This document shows positions 1-8,073 of a stretch of 64,000 bases of DNA, piece by piece; positions within the stretch are counted from its first letter, which is position 1, and each line of letters opens with the position of its first letter. The translations under genes and the position numbers were made by a program. Under the pieces are notes generated by a model. That model had not been told where the DNA came from. It was given only the letters and a program-made list of their open reading frames with translations, and made no database searches. The DNA is taken from the IMG/VR virus record IMGVR_UViG_3300030330_005258, positions 32,001 through 96,000 of that record; one strand, given 5' to 3'. This DNA comes from a virus. Lineage: Duplodnaviria > Caudoviricetes.

Positions 1-254
1 CCGAACCCGAGGTCGAAGTTGATCCCGAGGAAGCCATCGCCGAGCTTGCCGAAGACATGGAGCAAGCAGTTACCGAATTGCATCGAAAGCTTGAGGAATT
101 AGAGCCTCAAATTCGCAAAGTCTTTCAAGAAGTACCCGGTCGAGTGCTAAATAGGAAAAACAAGGCAGATGCCTTGGAGTCCATAGACGATATGGATCTC
201 GATACCATCATGAGATTTCTTAACTACATCACGGGCAGATACAACCCATTCTAA
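1..254 (+). CDS. hypothetical protein, 5'-truncated
   Basis: Frame of track ORF 57..254 stays open back to the window edge (EPEVEVDPEEAIAELAEDME...). Confidence 0.6.
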   Translation, partial: EPEVEVDPEEAIAELAEDMEQAVTELHRKLEELEPQIRKVFQEVPGRVLNRKNKADALESIDDMDLDTIMRFLNYITGRYNPF

Positions 255-272
255 AGGGGAATAAACTCCTAA

Positions 273-479
273 ATGCCGAGAATACCTAAGCCCCCGCCTA
301 AATTCAAGGTCGGGGATTTAGTTTATCTAGCATATGATACATTTAGCATTTATGGCATGGGTATAATACTGGCAAAGCACTCCCACGGAGATTGGGAGGT
401 CTACTGGTTTGGCGAAAGAGGATTATTTATCGAACATCCGATGGATATAAGGCATGTTACCTTGCCGGAAGACGACTGA
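273..479 (+). CDS. small SH3/KOW-like beta-barrel protein
   Basis: FKVGDLV...GMGIIL...WEVYWF pattern shared with about 9 other small ORFs. Confidence 0.6.
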   Translation: MPRIPKPPPKFKVGDLVYLAYDTFSIYGMGIILAKHSHGDWEVYWFGERGLFIEHPMDIRHVTLPEDD

Positions 480-490
480 CCGGTTATATT
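462..490 (+). promoter_or_regulatory. sigma70-type promoter
   Basis: TTGCCG-N17-TATATT upstream of GGAGAG RBS and ATG at 515. Confidence 0.5.
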
Positions 491-514
491 ATAGACGTAA
501 CACTGGAGAGTAAA

Positions 515-838
515 ATGTTTCGTCATGCGATGGCAATGCTACCAATTCTAGCCCTATCCGCCTGCGTGCGCGTGGGGTTTGACACCGGGACTTGGGAAGA
601 TTCACAGGAATGGTGGTTATGCGACCACGTAGAATCTCAGTATTCTGCGCTGGTAATTGCTGAAACCACTACCCCCGAGCCATGGTCGTCTATCGAGTTT
701 ATGGTATACGATGATGATCAGTTCCATGCACTTAATTTATTTGACTATGGTGGTGGTTTATGGCGTGTAGAAGCAAATCTGCTTGAACTTGACTGTTACT
801 CAGACGATCTTGGAGGCGATTTTGTCTACCACGAGTGA
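515..838 (+). CDS. putative lipoprotein
   Basis: Start moved to ATG 515 (RBS GGAGAG); signal peptide with lipobox-like LALSA-C. Confidence 0.55.
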   Translation: MFRHAMAMLPILALSACVRVGFDTGTWEDSQEWWLCDHVESQYSALVIAETTTPEPWSSIEFMVYDDDQFHALNLFDYGGGLWRVEANLLELDCYSDDLGGDFVYHE

Positions 839-1247
839 ATCCCGTCCATCTTGGGACACGATCTGGATGGAAATGGCACATTCTATCGCACGTCGGTCGT
901 ATGATCCCAAATACAAAGTTGGCGCGATCGTAGTGAGCGCCGACAACACATCCGTGTTGGCTCTGGGCTATAATGGCAACTTTGCTGGCGGACCCAATTG
1001 TCGTGATTCTCACGAACGTGGCAAATCTGGTCTAATTCACGCGGAAGTTAACGCCCTTTTGAAGATGGATTACCATAACCACAAGCGAAAAGTCATGTAT
1101 GTCACCCATTCCCCGTGTATTATGTGCGCAAAGGCCATAATCAATGCTGGAATTGACGAAGTTGTCTACGCCCGTAGGTATGATTATGAGAATAGCGTGG
1201 CTTTGCTCACAAGTGCGGGTGTAACTGTGAGGTATTGCGGTGAATAA
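822..1247 (+). CDS. dCMP deaminase
   Basis: RPSWD, KVGA, GYNG, HAEVNA and SPCIMCAK zinc motifs; probable TTG start 822 after GGAGG. Confidence 0.92.
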   Translation: MSTTSESRPSWDTIWMEMAHSIARRSYDPKYKVGAIVVSADNTSVLALGYNGNFAGGPNCRDSHERGKSGLIHAEVNALLKMDYHNHKRKVMYVTHSPCIMCAKAIINAGIDEVVYARRYDYENSVALLTSAGVTVRYCGE

Positions 1248-1761
1248 ACCATCCTATGTTGACTTTGAGCCCAAAACCTATGCGTGGAAGGCTGACATTG
1301 ACTATCGCAAACACCCCGAATTGTATCGGATTGGTCGAGGGCAACAAGGCGTACTCACTTGCGAACCCTACAAGGGTGAGATATTGCCACATTGGCGGTT
1401 TAGGACGCCGGAAATAGCCCTACAATCAGCACAAAAAATTTATGCGATGTTCTTATCGTATGTAAAAATCGGTGACTTTGTGGGGGCTGATATGGCGAAA
1501 AAGTTCTTGCATATGGGCTACACTCGGTCTCGTAGGTATGCCAATCATGCTAGTGGGCGAAAGTGGGCGAAGGTAGAGCCTTCTTGTGGAGGTAGTGCGG
1601 AAGCAACATGGAAAGTTTTACCGCGAGAAAAAGATTCGCGAAATAACGACAAGGCGAAAAGTGCTGAAAATTTTTACGCGTTTTGGAAGTTAGCAAGAGA
1701 GAATGCCGACTATTTAAGGATGCGTAAGGAGCACAAGCAACTTTATGAGACTACTAATTGA
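1240..1761 (+). CDS. DUF4385-family protein
   Basis: YRIGRGQQGVL..PYK.EILPHWRF.TP...DFVGADMAKKFL.MG.TRSRRYANH recalled family signature. Confidence 0.75.
   Translation: MNKPSYVDFEPKTYAWKADIDYRKHPELYRIGRGQQGVLTCEPYKGEILPHWRFRTPEIALQSAQKIYAMFLSYVKIGDFVGADMAKKFLHMGYTRSRRYANHASGRKWAKVEPSCGGSAEATWKVLPREKDSRNNDKAKSAENFYAFWKLARENADYLRMRKEHKQLYETTN
1710..1716 (+). promoter_or_regulatory. candidate phage late promoter CTATTTA
   Basis: Recurrent CTANTTA motif; here upstream of the leader-gene run starting at 1745. Confidence 0.5.
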
Positions 1762-2257
1762 AAACTGGCGACGCTTCCTAAAAGAAGACAAAACATCTTG
1801 CCCGCCGCCAACGCAAGACCTTGACCTAAATACGAAAAACAGAGATAGATGCCGCGAAGAAGCAGATTATGGACCTATGAACCCATTAAAAGAAAGCATG
1901 GGATATTGGAAAATGGCTGCCGAAAAGTGGGCAGGTGCTACACCCGAGGAAGCTATGGGGCAACGATGTGGCAATTGTGTCGCATTCGATGTGTCACCAA
2001 GAATGAAAGAATGCCTTCCAATCTCGACCGAACAAGTCGATCCTATGAGTATGATCGATGAACAACTAAAAGACAAGATGCTAGATGATTTCCCTGGATT
2101 TCCAGAAGAAGGTGCTGCTCTAGGTTTTGGCTATTGCCATATGTGGAAGTTTAAGTGTCACAGTGCCAGAGCCTGCAATACGTGGGCTGGTGGTGGACCA
2201 ATAGACACCGATGCAAAATCAGTTGAGACACAAACAGGGAAAAAAGAAGAAAAATGA
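1745..2257 (+). CDS. leader-bearing Cys-rich protein (putative head-internal protein)
   Basis: Leader MRLLIENWRRFLKE; CGNC...C...GYC...KC...AC cluster. Confidence 0.7.
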   Translation: MRLLIENWRRFLKEDKTSCPPPTQDLDLNTKNRDRCREEADYGPMNPLKESMGYWKMAAEKWAGATPEEAMGQRCGNCVAFDVSPRMKECLPISTEQVDPMSMIDEQLKDKMLDDFPGFPEEGAALGFGYCHMWKFKCHSARACNTWAGGGPIDTDAKSVETQTGKKEEK

Positions 2258-2754
2258 AACTCTTAATGGAAAACTGGCAGGAGTATCTTGAAGAGGAAGA
2301 GATACTAATGGAAAAGTGTTGGCCCGGCTATGAAAAGAAGGGTATGAAGAAGATGTTTGGTAAAATGTATCCAAACTGCGTCAAAAAGAAAAAGAGCAAA
2401 AAGAAAAATGAAGAAGTAGAACTAAGCGAAGCAGACCCCAAGAAGGGCACGGGTAAGAAGCCAAAAGGTTCTGGTCGTCGTCTATATACAGATGAGGACC
2501 CAAGTGATACAGTTTCTGTTAAGTTCTCGACCGTTCAAGACATCAAGGACACACTATCCAAGGCTTCGTTCAAGTCAAAGTCTCACAAGCGCCAATCTCA
2601 GATAATCAACCTTATCCACCAGAGAGCACGAGCGGCATATCAAAACGCCAAAGATCCAGAGGTCAAGGCTAGACTTAAGAAATCTTTTGAGTATGCCAAG
2701 AAGCGAAAAGAGGCTTCTAAACGTAAAACTCAGCGAATGAATAAAAAGAAATGA
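2254..2754 (+). CDS. leader-bearing basic modular protein
   Basis: Leader MKLLMENWQEYLEE; module CWPGYEKKG...YPNCVK; module DPKKGTGKKPKGSGRRLYTDE. Confidence 0.7.
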   Translation: MKLLMENWQEYLEEEEILMEKCWPGYEKKGMKKMFGKMYPNCVKKKKSKKKNEEVELSEADPKKGTGKKPKGSGRRLYTDEDPSDTVSVKFSTVQDIKDTLSKASFKSKSHKRQSQIINLIHQRARAAYQNAKDPEVKARLKKSFEYAKKRKEASKRKTQRMNKKK

Positions 2755-3338
2755 AGTTAATACTTGAAAACTTTCGTCAATATCTTGACGCAGATGAGGA
2801 TACACTTACTGGGCTCTCGTTTCAAGAAATGTCCCAGGCACTTAACTCCTCTATGGGGAAAGCCAAGCTAGCCCTTACTGATTCTCCGCTCCAAGACAGG
2901 ACTTACGAACAGGGTAGCAGAATGAAACCCAATGGACTTTGGTATGCCAAAGGCAACTCTTGGATGGAATTTGTGAGAACAGAAATGGCCGATATAATAG
3001 AAGATGCCAAATATGTCTATGCTATTGGTTTTGATAAAAGCAAAGTTCTTAGTATAACCTCGGGTAGACAAGCAGAGCGTGTCACATATATGTTTAAGGA
3101 TCACGAACTTTCCCGTAAAGCGAATATAAGCATTGTTGATTGGGACAGAATAACAAAGATAGGCAAAGCTGGGGTTGAATTTATACCTTATGAGAGAGGA
3201 TACTTTTCCGCAGACTACTCTATGGTTTGGTATTCGGGAATTGATGTTCCGTCTGGATGTATCTGGGACACTAGCATACTTACTACTAAACAAGTTGTCG
3301 CTGAATTGAAAGAAGATGGCTGGGAAGTGTATAGATGA
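2751..3338 (+). CDS. leader-bearing protein, KPxGLW domain (possibly ART-like fold)
   Basis: Leader MKLILENFRQYL; KPNGLWY...W...DW...DVPSGCIWD. Confidence 0.6.
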   Translation: MKLILENFRQYLDADEDTLTGLSFQEMSQALNSSMGKAKLALTDSPLQDRTYEQGSRMKPNGLWYAKGNSWMEFVRTEMADIIEDAKYVYAIGFDKSKVLSITSGRQAERVTYMFKDHELSRKANISIVDWDRITKIGKAGVEFIPYERGYFSADYSMVWYSGIDVPSGCIWDTSILTTKQVVAELKEDGWEVYR

Positions 3339-3895
3339 AACTACTAATTGAAAATTGGCGCAAGTTCTTGACCGAAGAACAAGGCCAATACATTGGAACT
3401 ATTGACGATGTAGGCAGAGACCTTTATCGCATCTCCAAACGCTATGGAGACAAGGGCGACAACTACGAACGCTTCCAGAAGGGAACCAAGGTTATAAGGT
3501 CCCGTGATCGGTCCGCTGATGACAATGAGCCCTATCTAAATTCTGATGGTAACCCAGAGCATAGGATTTATTTTTTCGGCTCTGGCGATGACGCCAAGGC
3601 TGCTATGATGTCCGACACACAAGAGTTGGAAGCGATTGTTGGTGACTTCTCTGACGAAGACAAAGAAAAAGGCATCAACGAGAACCTGCTGTTAGTGCGT
3701 ATTCCTATGAATCAAGTTCCAAAAGAGGTTGAGTTCTTCACCGATTACGAGTTGGAAGGAACTCCCTACGATGCTATTTATGGTGCGTATCCGGATGGTC
3801 GTGCTTGGACTCTCGCACCCAAAGCAACAGACATTCAGTTAGCGACCGATCTACTTAATTACGAAGAGGATGATTACTACTATGAAGATTACTAA
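3335..3895 (+). CDS. leader-bearing protein, possible ADP-ribosyltransferase-like fold
   Basis: Leader MKLLIENWRKFLTEE; LYRIS...RIYFF...LLLVRIP...FTDYE strand pattern. Confidence 0.6.
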   Translation: MKLLIENWRKFLTEEQGQYIGTIDDVGRDLYRISKRYGDKGDNYERFQKGTKVIRSRDRSADDNEPYLNSDGNPEHRIYFFGSGDDAKAAMMSDTQELEAIVGDFSDEDKEKGINENLLLVRIPMNQVPKEVEFFTDYELEGTPYDAIYGAYPDGRAWTLAPKATDIQLATDLLNYEEDDYYYEDY

Positions 3896-4238
3896 AGCAA
3901 GACTAAAGCAGATTATTAAAGAAGAGCTTGAGAGTGTTGTTGAAGAGCAAACAAGTGGCAATTTGTCAAATATCTACAAGTTATGTCCTCCAAATACAGA
4001 GTGTAAACCGGATACCCAGAAAACAAATTGGTGGGGTTCTCGTGGTAATCTTAATGAAGAACTCACCCGTCAAGACAAGTCCGATGTAAAGAAGATGGTC
4101 AAGGACGAACTTGAAAAACTCCTCAAGAAGAAGGAGATGAAGGACCAGATCTCCGAACTCACAAAGAAAATTCTCAAGAAGCTTTACAAGGATCTTTCAT
4201 TAGAGCACCCCTATATCATTGACCGCATCAAAATTTGA
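3882..4238 (+). CDS. small helical protein with MKITKARLKQIIKEEL motif
   Basis: ATG 3882 after GAGGA; preceded by CTACTTA at 3851. Confidence 0.65.
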   Translation: MKITKARLKQIIKEELESVVEEQTSGNLSNIYKLCPPNTECKPDTQKTNWWGSRGNLNEELTRQDKSDVKKMVKDELEKLLKKKEMKDQISELTKKILKKLYKDLSLEHPYIIDRIKI

Positions 4239-4247
4239 TGTTATATT
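4219..4247 (+). promoter_or_regulatory. sigma70-type promoter (extended -10), probably leaderless
   Basis: TTGACC-N17-TATATT with TG; expected +1 falls at the GTG start 4254. Confidence 0.6.
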
Positions 4248-4253
4248 ATAGAT

Positions 4254-4457
4254 GTGAAGTCAATCAACGCCGACCCATTCGCTGCACAGTATCCTCAAGC
4301 CAGCATTGGGGACTGGGTTTATTATCCCAAAACCAAAATTTGTGGCCTAGTTATAGGGGTTGACAACCAAACTGGTTTTATGCAAGTTCATGATTTCAAA
4401 ACTATGAATTTGCGGTGGGTAACCATGAACAATTTTGGTCAATATAAGGTTTTATGA
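4254..4457 (+). CDS. small SH3/KOW-like protein
   Basis: SIGDWVY...GLVIGVD. Confidence 0.55.
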   Translation: MKSINADPFAAQYPQASIGDWVYYPKTKICGLVIGVDNQTGFMQVHDFKTMNLRWVTMNNFGQYKVL

Positions 4458-4648
4458 GTGAAGGTGATCTAGTTAGACTTAAAACACGATATCCGATTTG
4501 GCTGTATTCGTTTGGTCTCACCGATGGGGACCTAGGAATAGTTGCTAAAATTGGGGAAGAGGATACCTTGGTTTATTGGCTAAGAATCAGAAAGCAAGGT
4601 TCTGTAAAGAATAACCTATTAGAACTCGTCGAGTTGGAGACAAAATGA
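4454..4648 (+). CDS. small SH3/KOW-like protein
   Basis: EGDLVRL...GIVAKI...LVYWL; ATGA-coupled to neighbours. Confidence 0.6.
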   Translation: MSEGDLVRLKTRYPIWLYSFGLTDGDLGIVAKIGEEDTLVYWLRIRKQGSVKNNLLELVELETK

Positions 4649-4944
4649 AAGAAAAAATTATTGTAGCCCTTTTTATGATTGGGGCTATCGGCGCATCAAT
4701 CACCATGAACCAAAAGTTAAATCATATCGACAACGAAGTCGAAAGAGTAAAGGTAGAATCAATTGTTTCATCTGGTAAGGCGATCTACCTGCCCGGAAGC
4801 GTATGCGTCATTAAGGCTACTTCTGATATAGACAAGACAAAAATGCGCCAATTTGCGGCTGCTTGTATCAAGTCTCACGAAGACTGGCTGCTAATCAATA
4901 ACGGCAACGCTATTTATAGTGATGCCAAGCAAGAAGTACCATAG
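4645..4944 (+). CDS. membrane-anchored or exported hypothetical protein
   Basis: N-terminal hydrophobic segment; RBS GGAG. Confidence 0.55.
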   Translation: MKEKIIVALFMIGAIGASITMNQKLNHIDNEVERVKVESIVSSGKAIYLPGSVCVIKATSDIDKTKMRQFAAACIKSHEDWLLINNGNAIYSDAKQEVP

Positions 4945-5185
4945 CAGCGATTTAGGAATAGGATCATTAGTCCGAGATGTTCAGACTGGCGACCTAGGGC
5001 TACTTGTCGAAAGAGTTGACCTATTTGAAAATATAGAGGGTCACGAACCAATCTGGGTCTGGGCAATGACTTGGACTGGTCCTGCCACAGACTCACACAA
5101 TCGTCACATACCTTTTATCGAAGAGGCAATCATTGGGCTCCTAAATGGTGGTGTTTGGGAATTAAAGGACAATGAGACCGATTGA
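4922..5185 (+). CDS. small SH3/KOW-like protein
   Basis: GIGSLVRD..TGDLGLLVER...WVWAMTWT; CTATTTA at 4910 just upstream. Confidence 0.6.
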   Translation: MPSKKYHSSDLGIGSLVRDVQTGDLGLLVERVDLFENIEGHEPIWVWAMTWTGPATDSHNRHIPFIEEAIIGLLNGGVWELKDNETD

Positions 5186-5450
5186 GGAGTTGCGTGATGA
5201 AGCCTCACATGTTATATTACATGTGGGTGACATGATTTACGATGTCCGCACGAAGTCCCGAGGGTTCCTGAGACAAAGAGAAAGAAAGATTGATATTATC
5301 GAAGACGACATTTATGTGTGGAGTATTTTTTGGTTTTCCCAGGACGAAGAAAGTGAATATAACAATCTAGAATTTATGGAAGAAGAGGGACTAAGATTAT
5401 CAATCGTTATTGGAACAATAGAATTATTTAGCATCAAACAAGGAGGATAG
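5172..5450 (+). CDS. small SH3/KOW-like protein, paralog of the preceding gene
   Basis: HVGDMIYD..TKSRGFL...YVWSIFWF...EE. Confidence 0.6.
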   Translation: MRPIEELRDEASHVILHVGDMIYDVRTKSRGFLRQRERKIDIIEDDIYVWSIFWFSQDEESEYNNLEFMEEEGLRLSIVIGTIELFSIKQGG

Positions 5451-5900
5451 ATGCCCAGTTGGAACGCTTACAAGGTCTTTGCCAGTGGTAAGAGAGCAAA
5501 GATGCCTTACACAACATTTGATTCAGAAGATTCAAAACATTTTTATGAGAGTATCTTACCAACTCTCACACCAAAGTTACAAAAGTCAAATTGGCTTATA
5601 TTAAACACAGAAGAGCCACAAGAGAGACAGGCAGAGGCAATAGACGAAGCTAAGGTCAAGTTTGAGAAGGACAAGATTAGATTGTTGGGAACACTTGCGG
5701 CTCAAAAATATCCAAAGTTTGCAAAGAAGAAAGTCGAAGCTTGTTTATCAATGTGTCCAGAGACTGGATGGAAATGGGCTTGGTGTGTTGTAGAGTGTGC
5801 CAGCCATCGGCACCTTGGCGAATTGTCTGAAAGATTTGATACCCGTGCAGGGGCAGATAGTTGGATCAGGGAGCAACTTGAATGTATGGAGCAGGCGTAA
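5451..5900 (+). CDS. hypothetical protein
   Basis: 149-aa ORF with AGGAGG RBS. Confidence 0.6.
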   Translation: MPSWNAYKVFASGKRAKMPYTTFDSEDSKHFYESILPTLTPKLQKSNWLILNTEEPQERQAEAIDEAKVKFEKDKIRLLGTLAAQKYPKFAKKKVEACLSMCPETGWKWAWCVVECASHRHLGELSERFDTRAGADSWIREQLECMEQA

Positions 5901-6097
5901 AGCACAAGATTGGAGATTTAGTTAGAATAAAAAAATGGCACCCCGATGGTCAAACTAAATGGGGCTTGGGCATCATAACTCAACGTCCAGAGAACAAACA
6001 AAAAAGTTTATTTATAAAAGTATACATTTTTAAACTTAAACGAGAGGAGTGGATTGCACCAGCGGAAATGGACATAATCTCTAACATAGACGAATAA
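5882..6097 (+). CDS. small SH3/KOW-like protein
   Basis: HKIGDLVRI...GLGIIT...IKVYIF. Confidence 0.55.
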   Translation: MYGAGVKHKIGDLVRIKKWHPDGQTKWGLGIITQRPENKQKSLFIKVYIFKLKREEWIAPAEMDIISNIDE

Positions 6098-6126
6098 CTC
6101 TCTATTTATTATAGAGGGTCATTGTA

Positions 6127-6294
6127 ATGAAGCAGACCAATAGTTTTGTCGATACCATGTCACTGACGTGTGTATTGATAAACGTTGGTCTGTTTTTATT
6201 TGCTTGGTATGATGAACAACCCGAATTGACGATGCTCGCACTATTTAATGTTACTTGCTTTTTAGTGTATTTTCTTATCTCGGGACGTAAATAA
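6127..6294 (+). CDS. 55-aa two-TM membrane protein (not in ORF track)
   Basis: MKQTNSFVDTMSLTCVLINVGLFLFAWYDEQPELTMLALFNVTCFLVYFLISGRK; GAGGG RBS; TAA overlaps the next ATG. Confidence 0.6.
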   Translation: MKQTNSFVDTMSLTCVLINVGLFLFAWYDEQPELTMLALFNVTCFLVYFLISGRK

Positions 6295-7478
6295 TGTATC
6301 AAAAATTTTGGAAGCAATTCCTCACAGAACAAAACGCAGACGCCACTTATCAATTTGTGCCGGATTCAGGACAAACGGTTGCTGATGTGCCTTCGCCACC
6401 TGCGTTGCCCACCATGGCGCCGGACGAACCAACAAGACGTGAGCCACGAGAGTCAACGGGCTTTAAAGCTTTTCTTAAATCAAAGGGTCTACAATACCGC
6501 GAGCACCTTGGCTCTGGGCAAGATGGTTTCGTAGTCAGGGCTTTTAACGTAGAGACAGGGCAGATGCTTGCTATTAAGTTTGTCAATGCTGCCAGAACAA
6601 GCATGGAGACAGCTAGAAGAGAAGTTAGAAATTATGAATTTGTAAAAAGAAATAGAGAGTCTCTTGGTGAAGATGCCAAATATCTGCCAGTTGTATATGA
6701 TGCAGAAATGGCTGGTGTCCCGGCTATGGGTGAAACCATGGATGGTAGACTGGTCGTTCATGGTGTTATCTACATGGAAGAGCTTGAGCCACTACCAGCA
6801 CAAGTTGCTAAAAACCTGTTTGCAGTGGGTGGAACAACGCCAGTAACAATGGCAGCAAAAGAAAAAAGAGACAGGAGGCTGTTTAAAAATCCCAAACTTG
6901 TTTCTTCGCTCTTGAATGTAGCCTGGAGTTTGACTGATCCTTCGACCACAAGTGGTTTTATGAGTATGGAAGCGCAATTTGCAGCAGAAAAAAGAATTAT
7001 TAGAGATTTTTTTAAGGATGAATATGACCCTGAACAGATAGAGCAAGACCCATACGTGCAATATTCTAGATTTGGAAAGCAGGCTAAAGCTCTTGCAAGT
7101 TTGTATATTAAAATCACTTATGAAGAAATGTTAAAAAATCCTGAAGATGAAACTGACCTGCCAATTGTTAGAGACTATGAATCTACAATCAAAGAGGACC
7201 TGTTGGATTCGTTTACCAAGGCTTACATAAAACCATTAGTAACTGGTGCGGCAGGAAGACAACTACGACACGCATCCGGTTTGCGCGGCTTTGACGACTT
7301 CTATGGTATGGAGAAAGATTTTGAAGAAGCCTTTCCAGAAACAGCCGGTGTTCGCGCAGCTATGAAAAAGTTTGCAGGACGCGACTTCAAGCCCTTTGAC
7401 GTTCACGCTAACAACGTAATGATGCGACCCAAAACAAATGATATTGTTATTGTTGATCTTGGAAGGTTCAATATCTAG
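6294..7478 (+). CDS. leader-bearing Ser/Thr protein kinase-like protein
   Basis: Leader MYQKFWKQFLTE; LGSGQDGFV, AIK, YMEEL, DVHANNVM, DLG. Confidence 0.8.
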   Translation: MYQKFWKQFLTEQNADATYQFVPDSGQTVADVPSPPALPTMAPDEPTRREPRESTGFKAFLKSKGLQYREHLGSGQDGFVVRAFNVETGQMLAIKFVNAARTSMETARREVRNYEFVKRNRESLGEDAKYLPVVYDAEMAGVPAMGETMDGRLVVHGVIYMEELEPLPAQVAKNLFAVGGTTPVTMAAKEKRDRRLFKNPKLVSSLLNVAWSLTDPSTTSGFMSMEAQFAAEKRIIRDFFKDEYDPEQIEQDPYVQYSRFGKQAKALASLYIKITYEEMLKNPEDETDLPIVRDYESTIKEDLLDSFTKAYIKPLVTGAAGRQLRHASGLRGFDDFYGMEKDFEEAFPETAGVRAAMKKFAGRDFKPFDVHANNVMMRPKTNDIVIVDLGRFNI

Positions 7479-7486
7479 TACAACCA

Positions 7487-7822
7487 ATGTATGAATACAA
7501 CGCGATATGCACAAGAGTTGTTGATGGTGATACAATAGATGCCAGAATAGACCTTGGGTTTAGTATATGGTTGGATTGCAGGATACGATTGGAAGGCATA
7601 GACGCTCCTGAGACCCGTACAAAAAACTTGGACGAGAAGATACAAGGGTTTAGAACTAAAGAGTTTTTAAAGACAATTGTAGATGGGGCTGGTGGTCATT
7701 TTGTTTTGAAGTCTCATGGTGTAGGCAAGTATGGAAGATGCATAGGAACTATTTACGTTGGCGGCGAGAATATAAATGAAAGACTACTCGCGGAAGGTTA
7801 CGCCAAGAGGTATGAAAAATGA
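7487..7822 (+). CDS. thermonuclease (SNase-like)
   Basis: RVVDGDTID...IRLEGIDAPE...GKYGR...NERLLAEGYA. Confidence 0.9.
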   Translation: MYEYNAICTRVVDGDTIDARIDLGFSIWLDCRIRLEGIDAPETRTKNLDEKIQGFRTKEFLKTIVDGAGGHFVLKSHGVGKYGRCIGTIYVGGENINERLLAEGYAKRYEK

Positions 7823-8073
7823 TTTTATTATTTGTTCTCGCGATGAGCGCGATGGCAGAGGAACCCGAAGATAGGTCGGAAAAACTATACAAAAGCTTTT
7901 GTGTTAATTGTCACGGAGAGAGCGTGGAAAAGGTGCCCCTAAACCCCGACAGCACCACAGAACAGAGGGTCAATACAATAAACTATGGTGTGTCAAGTAT
8001 GCCACCATACAATTGGATGCTACAAGAAGGCGAAGCAGAAAAACTAGTTAAGTATATGGAAGGTATTAAATGA
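7819..8073 (+). CDS. class I c-type cytochrome
   Basis: Signal peptide (AMA-EE), CVNCH heme motif, distal MPPY Met ligand. Confidence 0.85.
   Translation: MILLFVLAMSAMAEEPEDRSEKLYKSFCVNCHGESVEKVPLNPDSTTEQRVNTINYGVSSMPPYNWMLQEGEAEKLVKYMEGIK

Noticed and set aside
392-514. Track start sites of several ORFs (392, 783, 14702, 15820, 39535, 44635, 45698, 46468)
   Set aside because: They overlap upstream genes or promoters; downstream starts with an RBS, promoter or translational coupling fit better.
5190-5218. TTGCGT-N17-TATATT promoter-like sequence
   Set aside because: Lies inside a coding region (VILHVGD) with a weak -35; may be coincidental.
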